DNA of 20,944 nt. Source: a virus (lineage: Duplodnaviria; Heunggongvirae; Uroviricota; Caudoviricetes). The stretch is taken from the IMG/VR virus record IMGVR_UViG_3300008255_000105. The stretch is one strand, 5' to 3'. Made by a program: the position numbers and the translations under genes. Shown here piece by piece: positions 7,721 through 15,662 of this stretch (within the stretch, counting starts at the first letter, position 1; the number at the start of each line of letters is the position of its first letter). The notes under the pieces are model-generated. The model saw nothing but the letters and a program-made list of their open reading frames with translations. It was not told where the DNA came from and made no database searches.

Positions 7721-8553
7721 TCCTTTTCTCCAGTGTCTCCGAACAAATCTGAAAATTCTTTTTCTGCCATCTCGCTCATTGCTTCAGCGAATTTGGTTAA
7801 ATCACAGCCATAAAGACCGGCGCAACTTCCTGCGTTTATTTCAACCACTTTGAAGCCGTCCGGTGTTTCACAAACATCTAATGCCCAAACTGGATCTGGT
7901 GAAAATTTCGATGGCAAAACATTTTCAACAAAATCAAAAACTTCTTGTTTGATTCTTTGTGTCATCTCTAATTTTTTATCTATTAAATAACTAGAGGCTG
8001 TCACTATCTTTCCATTTGAAATAATAAATCGCCATTCAGAGAAAATTAGTTTTGGTTTGGCAACAACAACTAATGTTTCTGGAAATGGTTGGCAAAACGA
8101 AATTAAGTTAATATCGTTCTCCCAATTTTGACTATAAATTAGACATCCTTTAAAAACTTTTTCACCAACATTTGGCCTAACAAAAACACATCCGTCTTCA
8201 CCCAAAGTATCTAATAAAAACTCTTTTTGTTTAATTAAATCACCATAAGGCATCATTATATATGGTGAATTTAAAAGAGACTCAGAAAAGAAAGGATAAT
8301 AATTTGTGCATTTATACTTATCAAATGAAGCAAAAGCTCCAGGATAGTTTTTTGTTGAACTTAAAATATAATTACAACCTTGTATGCTACCATAAAAAAT
8401 TGCTGGATTTTTTAGTTCAAAGTCACAATCAGAAAGACTACGGTATGGCATATAATCTAATTCTATTAAATCAAAACCTAAAGATTTGATAGAATCAACT
8501 AAATCCCCATGCGTTTCTTCAAACACTTTTTTTTCTAGCATCCAGGTAATCAT
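7717..8553 (-). CDS. ATP-grasp domain protein, R2K/DUF4343-like, 278 aa
   Basis: VFVRP...KVFKG, EWRFIISNGKIVTASSY, ALDVCETPDGFKVVEINAGSCAGLY ATP-grasp motifs; GGAG RBS. Confidence 0.8.
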   Translation of the reverse strand: MITWMLEKKVFEETHGDLVDSIKSLGFDLIELDYMPYRSLSDCDFELKNPAIFYGSIQGCNYILSSTKNYPGAFASFDKYKCTNYYPFFSESLLNSPYIMMPYGDLIKQKEFLLDTLGEDGCVFVRPNVGEKVFKGCLIYSQNWENDINLISFCQPFPETLVVVAKPKLIFSEWRFIISNGKIVTASSYLIDKKLEMTQRIKQEVFDFVENVLPSKFSPDPVWALDVCETPDGFKVVEINAGSCAGLYGCDLTKFAEAMSEMAEKEFSDLFGDTGEKE

Positions 8554-8562
8554 GGCTCTCCC

Positions 8563-9051
8563 TCAAAGAACAATTTCATCCCACTCTTCAAATCTCGATT
8601 TGGGCCACTCTAAATCTCCATAATCCGGTGATGGTTCTGAAAGATTATATTTCGTTTTAAGATAAATTTCTGCTCCTTTAACATATCCGAATTCTTTAAC
8701 ATAAGTGATATAAATAGGGATACAACTTTTAAAATTCATATCATATAAAGACAAAAATACCTTATCACCAAATGAATCTTCTAACTCTATTAAACTATCA
8801 GATCCTAACCAAACCTCAACATCAAATTCTTGTGTGAATTTAAACAAATAAGAACCGTCATTAATTAGTGAAATAGATATGTGTTCATTTTTATCAGAAA
8901 TCACTTCCCAAAAAATATGACCTTTATTGAAACACGATGATAAAAATTTAACTCTTGAAATAGAAATAGGTTTTTTGTTGTTTTTTGTTATTTTGATAAT
9001 TACATCATTAATCCGAGGACAGACCAGATTCTCTGCTAGTTGGATTTCCAT
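8563..9051 (-). CDS. Hypothetical protein, 162 aa
   Basis: ORF track; AAAGGGA RBS. Confidence 0.8.
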   Translation of the reverse strand: MEIQLAENLVCPRINDVIIKITKNNKKPISISRVKFLSSCFNKGHIFWEVISDKNEHISISLINDGSYLFKFTQEFDVEVWLGSDSLIELEDSFGDKVFLSLYDMNFKSCIPIYITYVKEFGYVKGAEIYLKTKYNLSEPSPDYGDLEWPKSRFEEWDEIVL

Positions 9052-9079
9052 TCAGACGATCCCTTTCTGTTAGTAATAA

Positions 9080-10468
9080 TTATATGATCCATCTAGCTAT
9101 TCCAATTTTGTTTTGATTACACCATATTTTAAGTATTTCCAGATCCTTCGGGGTTGGTGATTGGTTTAATCTTTTTCTAGCTTGCACAACTTTCATAGAA
9201 TTGGGATTTACTTCAACTGTTAACAATCTTTTAATTCCTAAAAAATTATCAGTAACACGTAAAGACCAAATACTTGAATTCCCTGATGCACATGAATTCC
9301 CATAACTAAAGACACAATGATGCATCTCCTTTCCTTCTTCTATAAGATCTTTTAAGTTAAGCAACTCAACCATTTCATAAATTTTTAGATTTTTTTCTTT
9401 GCCTTCTTTGTACAAAAAAGGTTTAAAATCCATAGAATCCCATTTTTCTGCTTTATATTTTCTTTTCAATAAATTGTTTAATGCGTGCCATTCTTCCATT
9501 TGCTTAATGGTTGCATCAACTTCACGCTGCCTCATTGAAAAATTTGGTTGAACAGGAATTAAAAAATTGGGGTGTTCTGGATCAGGAATTCTTCTAGCAT
9601 ATTTCTGGTTGAAAAAGAAATCAATCAGTGGCCCATAATAATTAGGATCAAGCATTGGGTTATCAATAAACCATTTAAAAACAGATTCCCAAAAGATATT
9701 TTCCTGTTCACTAAAATCTGTGGCAAGTCTTGTGCCTAGAACTCCATTCACAATCCTTTCATCTCCACCCATAGCTAAAATTTGCCCCCATCTAATTGCT
9801 TCGGGCATTGAATAAGAATCTGGTGCCATCATCATATAATGAGCAGCTTTTTTTGTCAATTTTAGCGGAAGATTTTCTGCTGTTCTAATGTTGTTGCCAG
9901 AAGCAACATGAGTATACCAAGTCAAATCTTTGTCTAAAAGCAATTGAATATTTGGTAGAGCAGAATTTAGCCAAACATTATCAAAAAACTTCGGGACAGG
10001 ATAAATAGAAAAACAATGATGAACCAAAGATATTAATTGTCTATCTATGTTGTGACTTTTACATTCCCATTCAGTTATCGGTCTAATTATTTTTTCATTC
10101 ATTATCGCTATTTTAATAAAAGTATAAGCAACTTTTATTAAATAGTCTTTATCTGAAAATTTACATTTTCTTTTAGAACTCAACTCTAAAAGTTCTTTGA
10201 TTGGTTGAGCCAATTGTTTATTATCTTTGTTATGACAAACAACTCTGTCTATTTCTTTAATCAATTCATTTTTCAACAAAATTCTTTGTGAGTATTTAAT
10301 TCTCCCTAACAACAATTGATAAAAATAATCTATTTCTTCTTGTTCAATATCTTTTTTCGAATTATTTGAAGATAAAATCAATTCAGCAGTTTTAGCGCTT
10401 TTTTCTCTAGCTTTTTTAAAATCCCTTATTCTTTCTGCTCGCATCTTTTTTCGAGAAGAGCTTGGCAT
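9080..10468 (-). CDS. PcfJ-like domain protein, 462 aa
   Basis: C-terminal LIEEGKEMHHCVFSY...SIWSLR...LTVEV...VVQARKRLNQSP matches the PcfJ-like pattern from recall. Confidence 0.8.
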   Translation of the reverse strand: MPSSSRKKMRAERIRDFKKAREKSAKTAELILSSNNSKKDIEQEEIDYFYQLLLGRIKYSQRILLKNELIKEIDRVVCHNKDNKQLAQPIKELLELSSKRKCKFSDKDYLIKVAYTFIKIAIMNEKIIRPITEWECKSHNIDRQLISLVHHCFSIYPVPKFFDNVWLNSALPNIQLLLDKDLTWYTHVASGNNIRTAENLPLKLTKKAAHYMMMAPDSYSMPEAIRWGQILAMGGDERIVNGVLGTRLATDFSEQENIFWESVFKWFIDNPMLDPNYYGPLIDFFFNQKYARRIPDPEHPNFLIPVQPNFSMRQREVDATIKQMEEWHALNNLLKRKYKAEKWDSMDFKPFLYKEGKEKNLKIYEMVELLNLKDLIEEGKEMHHCVFSYGNSCASGNSSIWSLRVTDNFLGIKRLLTVEVNPNSMKVVQARKRLNQSPTPKDLEILKIWCNQNKIGIARWII

Positions 10469-10521
10469 TGGATTACCCGATCTTTGTGATTAATTCTATT
10501 CGCTCACAGATATCTTCGATT

Positions 10522-11006
10522 CTAGCCATGTGATCCCATATTCCTTTCTTTGAACCAATCTGGAGTTATAGAATACTTCCATTTTGCAAAATATGATTTT
10601 TCTTTAATATAGTATCTCTGGTATGCTGTCACTATATTTTTGTCTTTATATTCTTCCGGCATAGCTTGCGGTGGATCTGTAAAACCAATGTCTTCTATTG
10701 GTGGCTCATTTTTCATCAACCACTCTATTTTTTCTTGTGTTTTATGGATTTTATTATATCTATAAGTATATTCATAACAAAGAGCCAAAGCTAATTCTCC
10801 TAACCAACGATAATTAGACAAAGAAATTCTAACCCATTTACAACATGGGTGATTTTTATGTGTTAAACGATATGGAGCTTCTCCACCCAAAACCCAATGT
10901 GCTGATGATAATATTTGTGCAGATTCTAAAATCATTTTAACAACGTGCTTGTCGCAATGATGTTTCGCACAAACATTTGGATCCATATTAAGAAAAAAAT
11001 ATTCAT
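10522..11006 (-). CDS. Pyrimidine-dimer DNA glycosylase / endonuclease V-like protein; N-terminus out of frame at a T7 run (161 aa if T8)
   Basis: HCDKHVVKMILESAQILSSAH, THKNHPC, PQAMP, AYQRYYIKEK motifs; family-typical MNIFFL start at 11006 is 20 nt upstream of the ORF-track ATG 10986. Confidence 0.8.
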
Positions 11007-11132
11007 AAGACCCGCTCGACCAGAACCGACAATGCGATCTTCATCACGATCCTTTCTTCTCCATCCAACTGCGAGACAAACACCTATTGATATTATTAAT
11101 TAAAAAAAGATCTGATGTTTCTATTATCTTAA

Positions 11133-11162
11133 ACTCTGTGATTTTAGACTCTGTGATTTTAG
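11133..11162. repeat. Perfect 15-bp tandem duplication (ACTCTGTGATTTTAG x2)
   Basis: Direct reading; encodes LKSQS twice. Confidence 0.95.
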
Positions 11163-11360
11163 AATCCTTTCAAGCAATTCTCTTTTCTTTTGTTCAGCAA
11201 GTTGTTCTTTTCTAGCTTGTCTCTTCTCTACTTCTACAACTTTTTTGCAAAGAATTTTCACCAGTTTCTATTAAACGATCAATTAATTTATTATCATGTT
11301 TACGATAAATAAAATATATAACAAAACAACAACTTATTTTGACATAATTATCCGAGGGGG

Positions 11361-11413
11361 AAAAAGACATGTTTGTTTTCCAGTCGATATCCCATGAAAC
11401 AACATGTCTTTTT
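11361..11413. repeat. Inverted repeat: 13-bp perfect arms (AAAAAGACATGTT / AACATGTCTTTTT), extendable with bulges; terminator-like on both strands
   Basis: Arms 11361-11373 and 11401-11413; U5 after stem on minus strand, U7 on plus strand. Confidence 0.85.
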
Positions 11414-11509
11414 TTAAGGAATAACTAAATTGGGCTGTCCTAATTCTTACTAATTTTCCATCTATCTCCCCTTTACAATAGATGTCTTTCATTCATCCCA
11501 TTCTTTCTC

Positions 11510-11877
11510 TCACCATTTATAATCCCCGTTTTTTTCAGCTTCCAAAATATCTAAAATTGTTTTTCTTGGATTGCCACCTATAGCGCCGTTTTCTGCTGCA
11601 TAAACAAGCATTTTATAAACAACAGCACAAGGGCACTTAATTCTTTTATGGGCTATATTCTCACATGTTTCGCATAAAACAATTAGATTTACCGGGCGAT
11701 TTTCACCTCCTTTTGAGGCTGGAATAATATGATGTGCAATCAAATCCTCTTTTGAATTCCCACAAATTTCACAACGATCACTCCGTTTGTGAACTTGTCC
11801 CCTAACCCAACCGCTTGTACCCCTTTTTCTCCTTTTGTGTTTCTTTTTTGATAAAATGATGAATCACCACCTTTCAT
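11510..11877 (-). CDS. HNH endonuclease with CxxC zinc motifs; 5' end out of frame at A6 run (11844-11849) or non-AUG start
   Basis: RCEICGNSKEDLIAHHIIPASKGGENRPVNLIVLCETCENIAH; frame open from 11863; ATGA-coupled ATG at 11877 in adjacent frame. Confidence 0.7.
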
Positions 11878-12296
11878 TGATTCTCTAAATTTATTTGATA
11901 ATCGAAATAAAAATAACCACGTCCAGTAGATTTTTTTGCAATCTCAAATGATTTGAAACTTTTAAAGAATTCAGAAGAAACAGAGTCATGTGGCCCAACC
12001 ATTAACTCATTTAGTCCCACATGCTTTGCTATTGAAGAAACTAATCGCTTCCCAATACCTAATCTTCTAAACTTTTCATCAACAAAAACACCAACAGCTT
12101 CAAATCGTTGAAAGAAGAGACACCATCCAACTATCTCTTCATTGACAACCGCAAAACAGATGGGGAAATCAGGATATCTTTTTCTATTTTTGATGTAGCA
12201 TTTCATGTGCCCATCTGGAAAACATAGTTGTCTAAATCTTTTCCATTGATCTTCTGTTATGTCAGAAAATTTCTTAATGAAGATTTCAACGTTCAT
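11874..12296 (-). CDS. GNAT-family N-acetyltransferase, 140 aa
   Basis: VGVFVDEKFRRLGIGKRLV acetyl-CoA binding motif A; GAGGA RBS before ATG 12296. Confidence 0.8.
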   Translation of the reverse strand: MNVEIFIKKFSDITEDQWKRFRQLCFPDGHMKCYIKNRKRYPDFPICFAVVNEEIVGWCLFFQRFEAVGVFVDEKFRRLGIGKRLVSSIAKHVGLNELMVGPHDSVSSEFFKSFKSFEIAKKSTGRGYFYFDYQINLENQ

Positions 12297-12579
12297 TGGG
12301 TTCCTCGCTAGATTTAGGATTTTCCTCAAGGATAGGTTCTACTTTCATCAAAATCTTGTTTTTTAATTCAGAGGCTGTTAAAAGAATAGATGTTAATGGA
12401 CCATGTTCGCATCTTATTCTATTGATTTGGTTGAACAAGTTCTCGTCTGCTACAAAGTCCATGAGAACACAATCTTTTATTAAACAGTCAGCTATATAGT
12501 ATTGTTCTCCTTCCTCTTTAAAATAAGGGGAGAAACAACCAAGTATTGTCAAACTTATCGACTTGCTCTCTGGTTTCAC
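12286..12579 (-). CDS. Hypothetical protein, about 97 aa (GTG start)
   Basis: AGGAG RBS before GTG 12579; ORF track extends to 12618. Confidence 0.7.
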   Translation of the reverse strand: MKPESKSISLTILGCFSPYFKEEGEQYYIADCLIKDCVLMDFVADENLFNQINRIRCEHGPLTSILLTASELKNKILMKVEPILEENPKSSEEPNER

Positions 12580-12704
12580 AAGGCATCTCCTGACTTTGGT
12601 GTTTAAACAAAAGAACACCGAAAATAAGATTTAAACATTCGTGATAGTCTGAAGAAAATTTATAAGATTAAAAGACCAGATGTCACAGAGCAAAGAGACT
12701 CAGC

Positions 12705-12914
12705 TTAATATTCTTTTTTATTTTTAGATAATTTCCAACACATGTGTGAAGTTGAAATAAAACAAACCATGAGAGAGAATAGAAAAAAACTATATAGATT
12801 TAATCTATTGTATCCTATAAGTGCTCCACAAAGAATGAAATAACCAATAAAAATTGTTGAACAAACAGCTATTTCCCCAAAATTAGTTTGTTTGTCATTG
12901 CTCTCTTCTGCCAT
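12705..12914 (-). CDS. Small two-TM membrane protein, 69 aa
   Basis: AAGGAG RBS before ATG 12914; the ORF-track extension to 13049 runs through a GC-rich leader and promoter. Confidence 0.65.
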   Translation of the reverse strand: MAEESNDKQTNFGEIAVCSTIFIGYFILCGALIGYNRLNLYSFFLFSLMVCFISTSHMCWKLSKNKKEY

Positions 12915-12995
12915 CACGTCTCTCCTTGGCCGCCCCATCCCCGGGGGCCAAGCTTGCCGCTGCTGGGCCTCTCTGGCCCTCCTAGCGACCTGTGG
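12915..12995 (-). promoter_or_regulatory. GC-rich structured 5' leader with two hairpins
   Basis: GGGCC-AGAGA-GGCCC (12965-12979) and CTTGGCC...GGCCAAG (12925-12952), the latter overlapping the RBS. Confidence 0.5.
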
Positions 12996-12999
12996 CACC

Positions 13000-13027
13000 A
13001 TTATAGCATCTCCGCAGAGGGCTTTGG
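13000..13027 (-). promoter_or_regulatory. Putative promoter P2: CCAAA-GCCCTCTGCGG-N6-TATAAT with extended -10 TG
   Basis: Minus strand ccaaagccctctgcgg agatgc tataat. Confidence 0.65.
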
Positions 13028-13039
13028 GCTTGAAATGAT

Positions 13040-13399
13040 TCAGGTGCATGAAGATGACATAATTGCATGTGCGTTAACTCGGTTGATAAGTCTTTTCTTT
13101 TTTAACTGTTCTTTTGTTAGAAAACTTTCCGGTGAAATTTGCATCAGGTCGCAGCTTTTGAAGACGTTAAAATCTTCATACCATTCATTTGGATTTTTCT
13201 CGTCAATTAAATCGTCGCCCTCAAACTCTGCACAGCTACGTTTAGCACAAAAATCTTTTGACCGCTGAACCACATCATCAAAGTTATTTGTCACAAATAA
13301 CTCTGGTGACAACTCGGAAACACCATCTCTTTTTACTTGCTTTACATGATAAATCACATAAGTTATTATTTCTTCTCTACAAACTTTTTCTTCAAACAC
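13040..13399 (-). CDS. Hypothetical protein; paralogue of 13366-13780 (start GTG 13399 or ATA 13369)
   Basis: ORF track; LIDEKNPNEWYEDFNVFKSCDL vs LVEEKNLYQSEWIDELVVFESGDF. Confidence 0.7.
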   Translation of the reverse strand: MFEEKVCREEIITYVIYHVKQVKRDGVSELSPELFVTNNFDDVVQRSKDFCAKRSCAEFEGDDLIDEKNPNEWYEDFNVFKSCDLMQISPESFLTKEQLKKKRLINRVNAHAIMSSSCT

Positions 13400-13780
13400 T
13401 CGAACTTTTCTTTTTGATTTTGTTCTTTCTTTTCTTTTTCTTCAAGTTTTCTGCGTACTAGATATTCATCGAAAAGTTTTTCCATTTTATCTGAAACAAA
13501 ATCTTCGATGTTGAGTTGATTAAAATCACCAGACTCAAAGACGACTAACTCGTCTATCCATTCACTTTGATACAAATTTTTTTTCTTCAACAAGTTTTTT
13601 TCTATTAAGTCCACGCTTATTTTTATCATAGACAAGACGCTTGCTTTCCATGAAAATTTTATCTGCAAAATTTTTCAGTTTTTCTTCATCCATAATTTCA
13701 TGTGACACTTAAAGTGTGTTTAGATCATCATCATCATATGGATATCTGTCTCTTCGAATGTAAACTAAATATTTCTTCAT
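13366..13780 (-). pseudogene. Paralogue of 13040-13399 with in-frame TAA (13709-13711) and one extra base in A8 run (13577-13584)
   Basis: AAAGGGAAG RBS + ATG 13780 gives MKKYLVYIRRDRYPYDDDDLNTL*VSHEIMDEEKLKNFADKIFMESKRL...LVEEK; removing one A joins the ORF-track C-terminus NLYQSEWIDE. Confidence 0.6.
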
Positions 13781-13814
13781 GTCTTCCCTTTCTAAATCTA
13801 ATTCCCTTACATCC

Positions 13815-13839
13815 ATTATACCACTGACGGCAGAGAGGC
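13815..13839 (-). promoter_or_regulatory. Putative promoter P4: GCCTCTCTGCCG-N7-TATAAT with extended -10 TG
   Basis: Minus strand gcctctctgccg tcagtgg tataat; 8/11 match to the P2 element. Confidence 0.55.
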
Positions 13840-13866
13840 ACACCTTGGAAGCCTAGTAACCTTGAT

Positions 13867-14340
13867 CTATCCTTCAACAAGATCAATAGAGTTTTCAAGA
13901 ATTTTGACAAGCTGTGGATTGATGTTGAATCGTGTAGCATTTATTTCAATGCTTTTTCGCAGGTTTCCATCATTTTGTCTTTGACAAGCAGAAGCACAAT
14001 CACAAAAAAATTCTACTAGATCCAACAAATTAAAATCATCTATCCCATTTTTGAAGTGATCTGGATGGTGTCTATTGTTGGCATAGTGGTGAGCTAAAGC
14101 TGGCCCCATGTTCTTCAAATGTTCATTGTACTCTTCTGATCCATAAGTTGTTGCAGCCAATTTGGGCGTGAACTCTGTGAACAACTCAACTTCTGGACTT
14201 GAAAGTTTTGAGGCGTCGTGATCTTCGCCTCTCGAAATCAACTCACACGCCAATTTGTTGATCTTTTTTTGAACCAAATTAATATGATTCATTGTGTGAA
14301 AATTCGTTGCTTGTTCTTTGATCGTTAACTCTTTACTCAT
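13867..14340 (-). CDS. DUF5662-like HD-related protein, 157 aa
   Basis: HDASKL...HHYANNRHHPDHF...DLVEFFCD pattern recalled for DUF5662. Confidence 0.75.
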   Translation of the reverse strand: MSKELTIKEQATNFHTMNHINLVQKKINKLACELISRGEDHDASKLSSPEVELFTEFTPKLAATTYGSEEYNEHLKNMGPALAHHYANNRHHPDHFKNGIDDFNLLDLVEFFCDCASACQRQNDGNLRKSIEINATRFNINPQLVKILENSIDLVEG

Positions 14341-14584
14341 TTATCATTTCCTCTCTTATAAAAACTATCTCTTTTGCTAAACTTTCATATTTTTTATCTA
14401 AATCTTTTTGATATTCTACAATTAATTCTAAACATCCAAAAATTTTGGCGCTGTTTTCATCCATTAAATCTATTTTATCCTTTTGAGAATCTAAGATTTC
14501 TAGAAAAACATTCAATAATTTTATTAAATTTTTATTCCATACTTCAGATGGACTTTTAATTAAATCTTCTTCTGTTTTTTTCAT
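14333..14584 (-). CDS. Hypothetical coiled-coil protein, about 83 aa
   Basis: GAGGGG RBS before ATG 14584; 8-nt overlap with next gene. Confidence 0.7.
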   Translation of the reverse strand: MKKTEEDLIKSPSEVWNKNLIKLLNVFLEILDSQKDKIDLMDENSAKIFGCLELIVEYQKDLDKKYESLAKEIVFIREEMINE

Positions 14585-14613
14585 TTTTGTCCCCTCTAAA
14601 TTTTTGAAGGTTC

Positions 14614-15003
14614 TCAAGCGATAGTCAAATAACCAGGGAATTCTTTTTCTAAAATTTTCAATTGGCACCTGTTTTCTAGCTCTTTTTTAAGATCTTCTTC
14701 TCTCATAGGAATTAAAGTCCAATTATTGTAAGAAAGTTTGTTTACAAAGAAATCTTTATAAACATGTGCTAAAAAATAATTACCTTTTTTTGTCTTTAAA
14801 ACAAAGACTATGTAATCTATCCCACAAAAATATAGATCATATCTCCCGATTATTTTTGATTCTGATGTTTTATAAACAACTTGATCTTTAATTATCATAA
14901 TAGCGGGTGGGCCTGAAATTTCTTGAGAGTCTTTATATATTTGAACTGCACGAACAGTAAAAAAGCTCACAGCAGCAAGAATCACTAGCCAAATAACCCA
15001 CAT
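14614..15003 (-). CDS. Hypothetical protein with N-terminal membrane anchor, 129 aa
   Basis: ORF track; AAAGGAG RBS; hydrophobic N-terminus. Confidence 0.8.
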   Translation of the reverse strand: MWVIWLVILAAVSFFTVRAVQIYKDSQEISGPPAIMIIKDQVVYKTSESKIIGRYDLYFCGIDYIVFVLKTKKGNYFLAHVYKDFFVNKLSYNNWTLIPMREEDLKKELENRCQLKILEKEFPGYLTIA

Positions 15004-15005
15004 CT

Positions 15006-15662
15006 TTAGTCTCCTTTAGGATCAACAGACATACTAACTTTTATCCTATAATCTTCAAATGATAAATCATCTGTAACAAAAACTCTTAAATAACAATTAT
15101 TCAAGAACATGATTTGCAATTCTTTACCTTTTTCCAAAATGTTATCTTCATCAGTGTCTAAAAAGACAAAAAGAGATTCTTCTAAAAATTCAGTTTCTGG
15201 GAAAAAAGATTCTGCGACTGAAACATGCCCAACCGAAAGAAGTGATTTAAATCCATCTAAATCAACTGTTATTTTGTGATTATAAAAAATTTCTTTATAA
15301 TTATCTGTTGTAAATTGTAATAAATCTAAATCTTTGATAGATTTTTCTAATAGTTTATTTTTAAAATCTTTCATTGAATATAATATCTCGAACTGATCTG
15401 GATTAAAAATGTTTCCTTCTACATAACTAATAATTCCAATTATGTTCTTAATCTTTTGTTTTGATTTTTCGTCTAATGCTTTGATGTATTCTAGAAAAAT
15501 TCTTTTATTCTTTTGTGTCTCTAGTCTTGTTAAATGTTCTTTAGATTCTCTTTGTGTTTTAAAGATTAAGCCGTCGAATGACTTATAGAATTTATTAGAT
15601 TTTCCATCTAATAAACATTCAAAGAAATTCTCACCGATGTAGGCTTTCTCATTAACTTTCAT
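15006..15662 (-). CDS. Hypothetical protein, 218 aa
   Basis: ORF track; overlap with upstream stop. Confidence 0.85.
   Translation of the reverse strand: MKVNEKAYIGENFFECLLDGKSNKFYKSFDGLIFKTQRESKEHLTRLETQKNKRIFLEYIKALDEKSKQKIKNIIGIISYVEGNIFNPDQFEILYSMKDFKNKLLEKSIKDLDLLQFTTDNYKEIFYNHKITVDLDGFKSLLSVGHVSVAESFFPETEFLEESLFVFLDTDEDNILEKGKELQIMFLNNCYLRVFVTDDLSFEDYRIKVSMSVDPKGD

Larger units (their letters stand above)
11124..11492 (-). pseudogene. Hidden WxIxW-family paralogue broken at A7 (11409-11415) and possibly A6 (11241-11246)
   Basis: Reconstructed MKDIYCKGEIDGKLVRIRTAQFSYSLKK/RHVVSWDIDWKTNMSF...KLIDRLIETGENSLQK/VVEVEKRQARKEQLAEQKKRELLERILK aligns by eye with 7247-7720. Confidence 0.6.

Noticed and set aside
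12915-13049. N-terminal extension of ORF 12705-13049
   Set aside because: Runs through a promoter and GC-rich leader; a strong RBS sits at ATG 12914
13723-13737. (GAT)n microsatellite
   Set aside because: Short, encodes DDDD; unremarkable
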